From: Zancudomyces culisetae HAW-14-8
Taxonomy: Eukaryota > Fungi > Kickxellomycota
Reading direction: 5' to 3'
Assembly (NCBI GenBank): GCA_052426225.1
Contig: JBNJNM010000011.1
Coordinates: forward strand, 992,001-1,056,000
Length of the DNA: 64,000 nucleotides
Positions 14,551 to 25,319 of this stretch are shown in pieces (positions within the stretch are counted from its first letter, which is position 1; each line of letters opens with the position of its first letter). The position numbers were made by a program, and so were the translations under genes. The notes beneath the pieces are model-generated. The model had not been told where the DNA came from. It worked only from the letters and a program-made list of their open reading frames with translations, and searched no databases.

Positions 14551-17044
14551 TTTTGTTTGCTATTTAACTACGTTGATTGTGAATGTCCAAGATTCATAAG
14601 ATTTAACAATTAGTTGATTACTTTGTGCAAAATCCTGTGCCCCAACTGTATAATGTTGATACCTGTTTCGATGGCTCGGTGCTATACCTTCCTTGAGATC
14701 TTTTCCTGCTCAATTTCAGAAATCAATAGGAACAAAACCAAAGGTAGAACCAAAAGACAACGGAAATACGCGCTTGTTTGTTTTTTTAGTTCAGGAATGA
14801 CATAAAGCTGCGTAGCTTATTTAAATTATTCGTGTGTGGTATGTCCAAGTCGTTTGCAACAGGAGTAGATAAGAACAAATACACCACTGTACTCTAAAAC
14901 CAAAATATACCTAAACCTTTTTTACCAAGACACAATGTCCTCCTATCCAAATTTGAATTTTTTAAAAAAGTTGATTGTCCTAGTTTTGTTCCTGAGTTGA
15001 ATACGTTCTACTCTTTTCTGATACTTCTTTTCCTCCCTATCACTTTCCTTTTTTCTAGTTTGGGAAAAGTGGTGTTTTTTTTATTGTCATGAGAGATCCT
15101 TCTACCTTTTCACATTGCAAATTCACACTTACGAAAATCTGTGACATTGTTTGCCGTTCCTTATTTTTTCATTCGCCCATAATCTGAAAAAAAAAATTTT
15201 TAACCCTCGTCTTTCCCACCGGATACTAGTGCTCAAAGCTTTAGCTTTCTGAAGAAGGACTGCCAATAGAATTAGGAAACAATTAATCAATTGATTAACA
15301 TGGGGGAATCGCAACTTTAATTTTTTTTTTCTCCTCAATGTATGTAATTTAGTTGGACGACCGGCAAATTGGAAATTGAATGGTCGGTTTAAGTACATAC
15401 TCAAGTTTGAGTCTTTTTTCTTGCTCTTCAAAAAAGGATGGAAAAGGGTTATATTGGCAGCACCAAGCTTATATCTCCGGTTTACAACACCTTTCTCCCA
15501 TCATCTCGTCTGTGCTAGTGTGACTAAATAATTTCTTTTTTTAGAGCTAAAATGAACATATTCATCAAAAAAAGTGAAAGCAACACTTCATTCATTTGGT
15601 TTAAAGAAAAATGTGACTTGAGATTTTTTTTGACTATAGGTACATGTGTCAACTACAAAAAAAGTACGCAAGTAATGGATGCTATATTCCACAAAAAGTC
15701 ACGTTGTGGCCCCATATATATTGACTTTACACTAACAACACTAATAATGAAAACTACAAACCGCTCAATGAGCATAAAAATACATGGAAACTTCATTTTA
15801 ACTAGCACGTGATGTGATTGCACCCACAAAAACTGCTGGAATGTTGTGTATGTTTTGGTAACGATGCTAGATCCCCTTGAACTTTTCATGGGTAGGGCAT
15901 ACTTGACTGAAAGTGGGTTGTTGTTTTACAAAGTGATTCTGTTACTACTATAAATAAATTCGATAGTGAAAATAAAATAAAAATGTAATCTGGGGATGCA
16001 AAAGAAACAGCCCTATAAATACATTTTGCTTGTCAAAGGGTGAGTATATGTGAAAGCTTTTTGGGTACTTCAATGAATCGCTTATTTTGCGGGAGAACAC
16101 ATGCTTTTCCTCTGCTGGGAAAGTATCCTTGATTTTCATGTTGATACTAATATCTAGTTCGAAGACATGCAAATAAATAACTGAATAAAGAAAAGACACC
16201 TGAGCCTACACCCATAACCTTGGTAAACAGGAAACTATACTAGTCTTAGATCCGGTTTTACAGATATAAACAGATCAGACCCAGAAAAGAAGTAAATAAC
16301 CCCAATGCGCCTGTTGTTTGAATTAGGGTTTTTTGTGCATCCTCAGTATATATGGTTGGTTATTAAATTTTTGTTCCTTAAACCACACAAACCCAGAGCC
16401 ATGCCTCTATTTACTGCAATGGTTTCGGCATTTTTGAATAAGCCAGCAATACTAGCCGGTTGATAAATAATACTTGTAAATGGATATATAATGTATTTTC
16501 CAGGAAATGATCCCCACAACTTTTACACGCTTGATAACATAACTCATGTTGCATGTTTTCTCTTTTAGTCGGACTAAGGTACCAACTAAACTAGACTACC
16601 ATTGAATCTAACTAAGCATGCACAATGGGTATCCAGTGTCTATTATGGTAAAGCTATATTTACTATTGTATTGCAATGCGCATTGCCTTTAATATGGGCG
16701 CATAATTTTCCTCGTAAACCAGTTGTTAATTTTCAAAGCGCTTCAAAATATATTGCATCACTCGCTTTCTTTTCCTGTGCATGTTTATGCGGATCAGAAA
16801 GAGACCATACTGAACGGACCCCGCTATTTGCGAAACCTGCTCTTCCACCACTTAGCTTGTCATTTAAATCACTTGAGCATCACCCAATCACAGTATGGAA
16901 TTTGCGCAATTTTGCTGTAATATAAAGCACAACAAATCTGCTAAATCGAGAAAAAATTTTGTAGAAAAAGAGTTATATCAAAATCGTAGATAAACCTAGT
17001 AAACCTAGTAAACCTTTCAAAGCAACAATAAAACTATAATAAAA

Positions 17045-17820
17045 ATGTTTGGCGGATTTTTGGGTGCATTCAGACCAAGCTTTACACCATTTGGAGGAAG
17101 AGCATGGTAAGTACAAGTATTTCTCAACAGATCACTTCGACGAATATAAGTGATTGTATCTTTGATTTTGTTCCGTTTTTTTTAGCTTTTTTTTTCGATT
17201 TTGACATGCGTGGGACTCTGAAAATCAAGCGAGAGGATCTAATGATTGTGGATTTAGAATATATATAGATATATAATTTTATCTATACACCTCCCTTCGA
17301 TGCAGGCAAACTCTAATTTAACTGGCCTTTCATTATAGGAGAATTCCATGGAGATTGAGTAGCACAAGAAAAGCAAATGTGCGCAAGAGATTACGAGCTG
17401 CAGACAGCGTTCTCGATGTGTTGATCGATTCCGGTGTTAGCTTCAAGAGACTAGTAAGTTGTTTTTCTATTAATCTTATCTGTGTATACAAATTGGCAGA
17501 GATTAGGAGGGCTTCGAAAGAATGTGCGTTTCTTTTTCGCCCACTTTTATGATCTCAAGAACAGAGCTATTTTGACAGAAAAATCCTTTGTTTTGCCAAA
17601 CCACACCTCCATCTCTTTAAAAAATGGGTATTAACCATGAAAACAAAAACACGTTTTCAAATAGGAACTTATAAAGACAATCCCAAGAGAAGATCAAATG
17701 AAATCAAGAGACAAATACACAACGTTTTCAAGAACATTCAAGGGGTATCGTAAAGGGATCCACAAGGTACCCAAGTTTACAAAGGTTCCTGTACCAAGAA
17801 CAACGCCTGTCGGTTTTTAA
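17045..17820 (+). CDS. MRPL31: Mitochondrial ribosomal large-subunit protein mL60; exons 17045-17106, 17339-17453, 17665-17820
   Basis: The spliced product [32 protein letters not shown]...RLR...[29 protein letters not shown]...PVGF matches the fungal Mrpl31 signatures WxIPWR, DKYTTF and [10 protein letters not shown]. Confidence 0.9.
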
Positions 17821-18805
17821 AATAGAACAACGGTATTTTGTATCTTTAGCGCTGAATCTTTTGTTTTAACTTTAACATCATGATGCTCATCACTCTTTCT
17901 CAAGTATGCTTTGCCTATGTGTTTTTTTCATTTTTCATTTTTGTAAACCATAACAGTGATTTGATAATAGCTCTGTTCTACTAGTCAAACACCTTATCCA
18001 CATACATATTTATGGGATAAAATTATCTCCTCTTAAACCTTTATTAGGTGTTGATTGTAAAGTTGATTTGACGCTACAAGTTAATTTACGCGTGAAACTA
18101 AACTTTTCAGCTCTAATCTCACCCTGTCGGTTCCACATAAAAATTTGGAAGCCAGTTAAGAAGGAATAGGTTGTTGGAACACCAAGTGTTGATTGCCCAA
18201 CTAAGATGGCTGGCACCTGTGGTGAAATTGTGTTATTTTGAAAAGAATCGTTGTATATACTTCTTTTTGTTAGACAAGCTGAGTTGTGTCTACCTTTTTT
18301 CGCTTGATGCAGGATGACACAACCAAGTTATCAAAGCTACGTACGAAATTGCACAGGACATTTTCAAGCTTCGATTTATTTCCAACAGCTTTTTTTGTTT
18401 ATTTCCACTATTTACCAGAAATTGGCGCAGATTTAGATAAACGCTGTAAAACCAAGGTTCATTTGGCAAAATCACAAAGTTTGTGCTTTTTACTTTGCAA
18501 GGGATACAATTACCCAAACATAGCTAGTTTATATCTTTTTTAGAAAGGCGGAATTGGACCACATCACCATCTGCTCGTGCAAATACGAAACGTACAATAA
18601 TATAATCAAGGTACTCATAATCACGCTCAAAGTTCAGAGCCATAGCAATAAAAGGCTGTGTTTTTTAATGACATTTCGGAGGCAAAATCCGACAATAGTT
18701 GCAAAAGCGGAAAACGTTAGTTTGGATGATAATATAACTAGAATCCAGAAGCATCGAAAAAAAATAGTATTTTAAGCTCCCCCTCCCCTCAGCAAAAAGT
18801 GGCAA

Positions 18806-21800
18806 ATGGACGCGGGAAAAATGAACAAAAGGGAAGGTGAGGCGAATAGCACACAAAGGTTGGAGCGGCGGAGGGAGTTGATCAAACTGAATGTGAATGC
18901 TTGGTCTGGAATCAAGACCAATGCAGAGCAAAAAAATCTTGATGCAAACTTGAAGAAAAATCTGGGTTTTATAAAGAGATGTAGGATGGGGATAGGCACA
19001 GAGAGCATAGCACAATTGTTGCGAGAGGTAGGCTCATTACAGTTGAAAAAGTATCTGAGCGAAATTATTTCGGCATTGGCAGAGGGAGTAACAAAAAGCA
19101 CAAGCACACCTGATACTATTGCAACAGTTGATCTCATATCGGCCCTGCATCAGCGTTTTGGGCAGGAGTTTACGCTGAACTTTGTTGCAGAAATTACCAA
19201 GGGATTGCTTGAAAATTGCAAGAGTGTAGGGAGCAATGCAACTCCGGAAAATAAAGAAGAAGCAGCAAGACAGGCTAAAGCCAAGGTTTATTTGAGAATA
19301 CTGGGTGAAATGTATGTGGTAGGGCTGTTATATGGCGTAGATAAAAGCGAGGGAAATTCTGGAGGAATAGACAGCAGTTATGCAATCACTGGAAGTACAA
19401 CAAATTCTTCACGAAACGCGGCAAAAGTCAAGGAGATTACAAAAAGACCAGGGTATTGCACAATGTACGGTGCCTTGCTCAGCGTTGTAAGTTATTAAGT
19501 AAAGGGCCGTTTGTAGTGATATTTGTATATGCACACATATATATCACCAGCTGCATGTCTTGTATACATAATATTTGTACAACTTTTTGATCCTACATAC
19601 AAACCAGTTTTGCTAATAAATACATGGGTATATGGGTGTATTCAATAGGTTGGAAATGACTTTAATCAGCACTTTAACATTCAGATAGTAATCAATTTCT
19701 GCAAGACATTCAAAAGGGAGTTTTTTACAGGACACCCGGTGGAACCAGGTGAGGAAGAAGGCGTAGCAACAAACGAGAGTAGGAATGCAATAAAAGATAT
19801 GATTGAAAAATATTGGGAGACGGGGTGTGAGCAGCTGAAGAAAATGAAGCAGACGTTAAAGAAGGTAGAAGGACGAAATAAAGAAATCTTATATACAAAA
19901 GGATCGGTAAGTGAAGAGAAAAAAGAGATGTACGAAAGATGGGCGAAACAGGCAGAAAAGATGGAGAGCAACATAGGGATGTTGTCAGAAACAATCGGAA
20001 AGGAATTCCGAACTACAACCGAAGAAGAAAAGGACGGTATTTCCGGATCAGCAATGGGGATAAACTTTGACACGGGTGGATTTGGAGATAAGGAGATGTT
20101 GGCCACAGGGTGGTGGGTCGATGAGGAGGAGAGACAGTTCTATGTTAACCTACTTGATCTACGATCTCAAGTACCACCAGCGTATCTGGAGGGGCTTTTA
20201 GGTGGCAAAAAAAAAAGGAATGACGAGTTGCTAAAGAAAGAGGTACTAACAAAGGATGAAAACTACATTGAAGAGGATGTAGAATCAAAGGATGGTGAGA
20301 TAGATGCAGCGGATTATGAAGAATTTATGAAAAAACAATCAGCGCTGGTCCTAGAAGCCAAAAGTACACAGTCCAAAGGGGAAGACAGCGTGATAGGCGA
20401 GGATGAAGCGCAGATGGAAATACAAAGGGAGAAGGAAAGGGATGATCACGTCAGTGGTGCTACAATACGGTTGGATACTCTGCTTGCTAGATTACCACAG
20501 CTTGTCAATAGAGAGCGGACGGATGAAACGGCGGTTGAGTATTGTCTTGTAAACAGCAAAACTGGCCAGAAGCGAGTAATCAAGACGCTTTTGGAAGTGC
20601 CTAAATCCAGACAGGAGCTGCTTCCGTTTTATTCCAGGTTTATAGCAACACTAGTGCCATACTTTCCGTCTATTGGCGAAGCGGTGGTAGAGGGACTGTT
20701 AAGCGAGTTTAAATGGCTTATGAAAAAAAGAGGAGCCGGGATTTTTGAAATAAGAGGCAAAAATATACGATATATAGGAGAGTTAGTCAAGTTCAAGGTC
20801 GCAGGCGCGCACATCGGAGTTAGATGTTCGAGCCTGCTGATAAGCAGTTTTGGGCCACAAGATATCGAGATTCTTTGTATTTTTTTGGAAACTTGCGGTA
20901 GATTTTTGTTGGCGGGAGCGGAAAGTGGACCTCGGATGAATGCGCTTTTGGAGACGATGATGCGGAAAAAAGTTGCACTTGGTGTGGAACCTAAGCTGGT
21001 AGTTTTGCTTGACCACGCATATTTGCAATGTAAGCCCCAAGAAGAAACAAAAGTCAAAGCAACCGAAAAACCGCGAACGATGTTGGAGAAATATGTTCGA
21101 TATTTGGTGTATGAGATGATGAATAGAAAGAACGGAGCACTAGTGGCAAAACAGTTGAGAAAATTGCCATGGTTCATGTATTCGATTCTAGCTAACGAAC
21201 AAAAAATAAAAAGCAATGATAGCGAGGGAAAAATGCAGGACATAATCGATATGGATAGTCAAAGGGTGATGAAAGCCGTGATAAATTGTTTTTCTAAACC
21301 GCATAAAGTCAAGTATGGGTTACTGGATACACTCGGGATGGTAGCCGAGATTCTATCACGGATTCATGGTTGGTTTGGTGTCAAAGTGGTTGACAATGTC
21401 ATGGAGAGTGTTCGGATAGGTTTAGAAAACCGGACACATGGAAATAATCAAAAAATAGTGTCAGAGGTAAAATATTTGGGTGAGCTTTTCGGCCATCGTA
21501 TGATATCACCGACTGAGCTTTTTGAGCTTTGCTACATGCTGATGAATCTTGGATATGAGAGGCTGGAGTCAGGAAAGGGTGGAAAAGTTCGATTCATGAT
21601 TCCAGTTCCGGGAAGGGAGTGTAGCCTTGATCCATCTGATGACTATTTTCGCGTCCGATTGATGTGTGTGTTGTTGAAATCCTGTAGTCCCTTATTTTCT
21701 ACCAAAGCAGAAAAGATACAATTGATGGTTGTGATGTTGGTATTTCAGCTCTATGTGCTTTCAAAACAACAACCTACACCGCTGGAAGTAAGCTATTTCG

Positions 21801-22963
21801 TGCAAGATTTGTTTGATTCAGTGATGCCCTTGCTTCCATCCCCGCTAGTCTCAGCCGCTGAAAAAACTCCAGTCGGAAAGAGCAAGAAAGAAAAAAAGCG
21901 CAAGCCTATATACTATCTTACACAAAGTTGGGAGGAAGTGGCTGGAAATCTCAATGAAGTTGTAAAGAATAATACAGATTTAGTCAGGACTCTATTTGAA
22001 GGAGAGTTTGGGTATCATATTGAGATTAAAGAAAAGCAACCGAAACCACCTGTCAATGGTACAGTTTCGTCAGAAAGGCCCGAAGAACAGAAAATCCAGC
22101 AAGAAGGTCAAAAAGAAGTGAAGGATGGTCATGATGATGAGGGTGAAGGCGAAGGCGAAGGTGAAGAAGACGAGGTGGAATCAGTGCTTGATAGTATACA
22201 TGAGCTAGACGAAATTTACAACACTGATGACGAGCAACACGACCAAACATACAAAGAAGACAATATTGAAAGTAGCAAGAGAGACCAGAGAGATAAGCAA
22301 CACCATGGCAGTGGAGACGAGGATGACAATGAAAGCGATAACGAAAGTAACATTGCTAGTGGCAGTAGCGGTAGTAGCGAGGACGAAAGCGACAACGAAA
22401 GCGATGATCGTCAAAAAGATGAGCACGAAGCAGAGCCTGAAGTGGTTTTAGTCAAACAAGCTGAAATGCAAAGCGAGGAGGAGCGAGCACTGCAAAAACA
22501 AATGGCAGATATGTTTGATACTGAGCTTAATAAATTGGTCATGGAGAGCCTGGATGGCCGAAAGTTGGAAAAAGTAAACACCCTGGATATCTCAATACCT
22601 ATGCAGCTAAGAGAGCAGCAACTACAATTTCATTATAAAAAGTCCACCTCAACCTCTGCTACTGGCGTCCACCAACCAATAAAACTTGGCTCTGTAGAAA
22701 GAAGCAATGATACCAATGACGCCAACGATGGGCAGGAAAAGGATGGAAATGAGAATCAAGAAAACATTAGAAAATTTAGCTTATTACTGGGTAAAAAACA
22801 AAAGCCAGTCATCAAAAACATCAACGTTCCGGACTCTAGCTACTTGGCTATCCGAAACAAAGCACAGATGCTGGCTGCTATGCAAGAAAAACAAAAATTA
22901 AAACAATTGGTTTTGAAAAACTACCAAAAACAACAACGCTCTACTTTCGAACGGCTAGATTAA
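18806..22963 (+). CDS. UPF2: Nonsense-mediated decay factor Upf2/Nmd2; exons 18806-19486, 19649-22963
   Basis: N-terminal LDANLKKNLGFIK and LKKYLSEI; WxDEEERQFY..LLDL; MIF4G segments (LLPFYSRFIATL, FLETCGRFL, LRKLPW, DPSDDYFRVRL); acidic region and Upf1-binding C-terminus. Confidence 0.93.
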
Positions 22964-25319
22964 ATAAAAGCGACCACAGCCTACCAAGGAATGCATTAAT
23001 GAGTGTCCTATAGTTGTATCGTCTGACGATTCCTGTGTTTCCAAATAGTGTGGACTGTATCAGTTTTATTACAAATGCTGCTAATATTACACTGGTCCCA
23101 TACCTCCTAGAAAATGCCACTACTATGTTGGATATGTTCTTTAGCTGTGGTATGTGGGTTGCCAACATCCCACCACCTCTGCTACTGTTGTTGATCTGAT
23201 CAAATAGCTCACCTCCATCCACCATCCGCCCCTGCGAGGGCTTTACCATCAGCTTGGTCTGCATTCCAGGTGCTGATAGTTTCTCCGCTGCCCTCTGCTT
23301 CCCCCCTTTTATCTGATGGAGGCTTTCGCCTTCGTCGTCTTCGGCATATCCGTCATCATTTCTACTTCTATTGTTATCCGTATCTTTCAGTCCCTTGTGT
23401 TGCTGTTTTGTCTGGATTCCAATACTACTATTCTGTTTGTGTTCATAAAACACAGATTTATGGGTATTTTTATCTCGCTCACTCATATTTTCTCCGCTTG
23501 ACATCCTTCTTGGTGTCCTGGGGGTTTTATTATTGCTTATACCTTCTCTTTCTCTCTGCTTCTGTTTGTATAAATGAACAACACTGGCTTTCATTTTTTG
23601 CGCAATCTCCTTTGCTACTTTTTCTAGTTCCTCTACGTCCGCTGTGTTTGTTATCACATCATCATGCATACTTTCTTGTGATTGAATCGACTTGTGCGGC
23701 TCCTCAACATCTTTTTCATACTCCTCAGTACCACTGAATCCACCTCCCTTTATACTATCCACATCGCTAAAATCCTTACCATTAGCCTGTTGTGTCGGGA
23801 CCTCATATGTGGGTTGCTTCTCCTTTATTTCCTTGCTGTTCTTAGATGTCCTATGTACTACGGCTATCCCTGTTGCCTCCGGTGTCATTAATACCTCAAT
23901 TTCAGTATTACCCGCAGTCTCGCCCACAACAGGAGATGCTACCCCATCATCGGTTTTTGGTGTTACCTCAAGTGTCACCTGCTCATTCATTGATTCTATT
24001 TTCGCCAATCTGTCACTTTGTTCACCTGTCCCACATTTCGTGTCGTTCTCATCTTTCGCCTGGTTTGTACTGGGGTTTTTAGTGTCGCTTTCTCCACTAG
24101 AACGCATATTCGCAGCTTTGCTGTCACCGTCACCAGTATCTTTGTCACTACTAGTAGCTGCAGAAATTACAGTAGGAACACTAGTTTTACTAGTTGTGGA
24201 TGTAATACTAGCCACACTACTGCTGCTACTACTGATGCTCCCTCTAGAATACACTTCCCGCCTTCCTCTTTCCCCCTTCCTTTCATTTTCACTCTCCTTA
24301 TCCTTACCCTCACCCTTAATTTTACCTCTACCTTTACCCCTACTCTCAAGTGTTTTTCTTCCCGCTCTTCCTATTCGCCCTACGTAGTCCTGGGCTTTTA
24401 ACTCTTCTAGTTTTTTACCCATTGTCCGTTTAATCTCGTGACTTAAATAAATATTATTATTAACAAATACCTCTGCCTCATCTACACATCCTAGCTTAGG
24501 CAAAATACTTAATGCATAGAGCTCACACACCCTGTAGTAACTAGTTCTTATCGCCTCTTCCTCTCTTCTATCTACTCTCAGGTCCCTTTTTTTGCCTTCG
24601 CCCAATCTTGCTCCCGTCCCTCTATTTATTTTGTTTGTCCCCGCCAACTCCTCTTTTGGTAACGTCAAACGCTCTTGAACTAGTTGCGGAAGTGTAGAAT
24701 TCCATTTCTCTATGCATTTTTTCGCCTCTTCCAACATTTCTACTCTCTGTAGGAACAACGCCAACAATAAAACTATCTCCCCCGCCATATATCCACCCAT
24801 ATACTTGTATTCATTTTGTAATTCCTCCATCAAGCTTTCATAATTCGACGGAAACTCTCTCAGTGGGTCATCGTTTTCGCTATTATTTGTGCCAAATCCA
24901 CCTTTTTGAGCTTTAAATGCTTTTTTGGCTTCTCTTTCGTTTCTTTTGACTATAAAACCCCCGCTGTCGTCTATCCCCTTGACTAGTCCGCTTATGGTGC
25001 ACATTTTTGTCACCATATACTTTCCAAAGATCTCCCGGCACTCAAGTGCATACTCCGTTTTGTCCCCCAGCTCTACTATCCCAAATTCCGGAACCCTATC
25101 TCTAAAATATTTGGATGCTTCGACATTTAGCTTCCAACCCATTCTTTCATTTTGGTAAATCACCTGTCTTGCGGCTCTACGTTGTAGCTTTTTAAATTCA
25201 CGAAGAAATTCCTTTCTTCTTTCTATTCTAATTTTATCTCTTTCCATTTCAACTCTTTTTTCAGAAATAATAAATTCGCTTATTCCTGTGTTCTGAATTG
25301 CCTCCACAGCCACCGGCAT
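22941..25319 (-). CDS. Tail-anchored membrane protein, probable divergent peroxin Pex26; 5' end may include an upstream exon
   Basis: A 792-codon ORF. YYRVCELYALSILPKLGCVDEAEVFV...L resembles the fungal Pex26 core (ELYxLHxLPxxxxWxxAxEF). The C-terminus has a hydrophobic segment followed by basic residues and an amphipathic LGRLW tail. Confidence 0.55.
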   Translation of the reverse strand: MPVAVEAIQNTGISEFIISEKRVEMERDKIRIERRKEFLREFKKLQRRAARQVIYQNERMGWKLNVEASKYFRDRVPEFGIVELGDKTEYALECREIFGKYMVTKMCTISGLVKGIDDSGGFIVKRNEREAKKAFKAQKGGFGTNNSENDDPLREFPSNYESLMEELQNEYKYMGGYMAGEIVLLLALFLQRVEMLEEAKKCIEKWNSTLPQLVQERLTLPKEELAGTNKINRGTGARLGEGKKRDLRVDRREEEAIRTSYYRVCELYALSILPKLGCVDEAEVFVNNNIYLSHEIKRTMGKKLEELKAQDYVGRIGRAGRKTLESRGKGRGKIKGEGKDKESENERKGERGRREVYSRGSISSSSSSVASITSTTSKTSVPTVISAATSSDKDTGDGDSKAANMRSSGESDTKNPSTNQAKDENDTKCGTGEQSDRLAKIESMNEQVTLEVTPKTDDGVASPVVGETAGNTEIEVLMTPEATGIAVVHRTSKNSKEIKEKQPTYEVPTQQANGKDFSDVDSIKGGGFSGTEEYEKDVEEPHKSIQSQESMHDDVITNTADVEELEKVAKEIAQKMKASVVHLYKQKQREREGISNNKTPRTPRRMSSGENMSERDKNTHKSVFYEHKQNSSIGIQTKQQHKGLKDTDNNRSRNDDGYAEDDEGESLHQIKGGKQRAAEKLSAPGMQTKLMVKPSQGRMVDGGELFDQINNSSRGGGMLATHIPQLKNISNIVVAFSRRYGTSVILAAFVIKLIQSTLFGNTGIVRRYNYRTLINAFLGRLWSLLFNLAVRK

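Noticed and set aside
15650-16520. Exon-like minus-strand fragments between YPK9 and MRPL31
   Set aside because: Some splice-like signals exist, but I could not build a coherent model or recognise a protein.
18010-18643. Possible spliced minus-strand gene upstream of UPF2
   Set aside because: The apparent GT-AG junctions give inconsistent frames or early stops, and no family was recognised.
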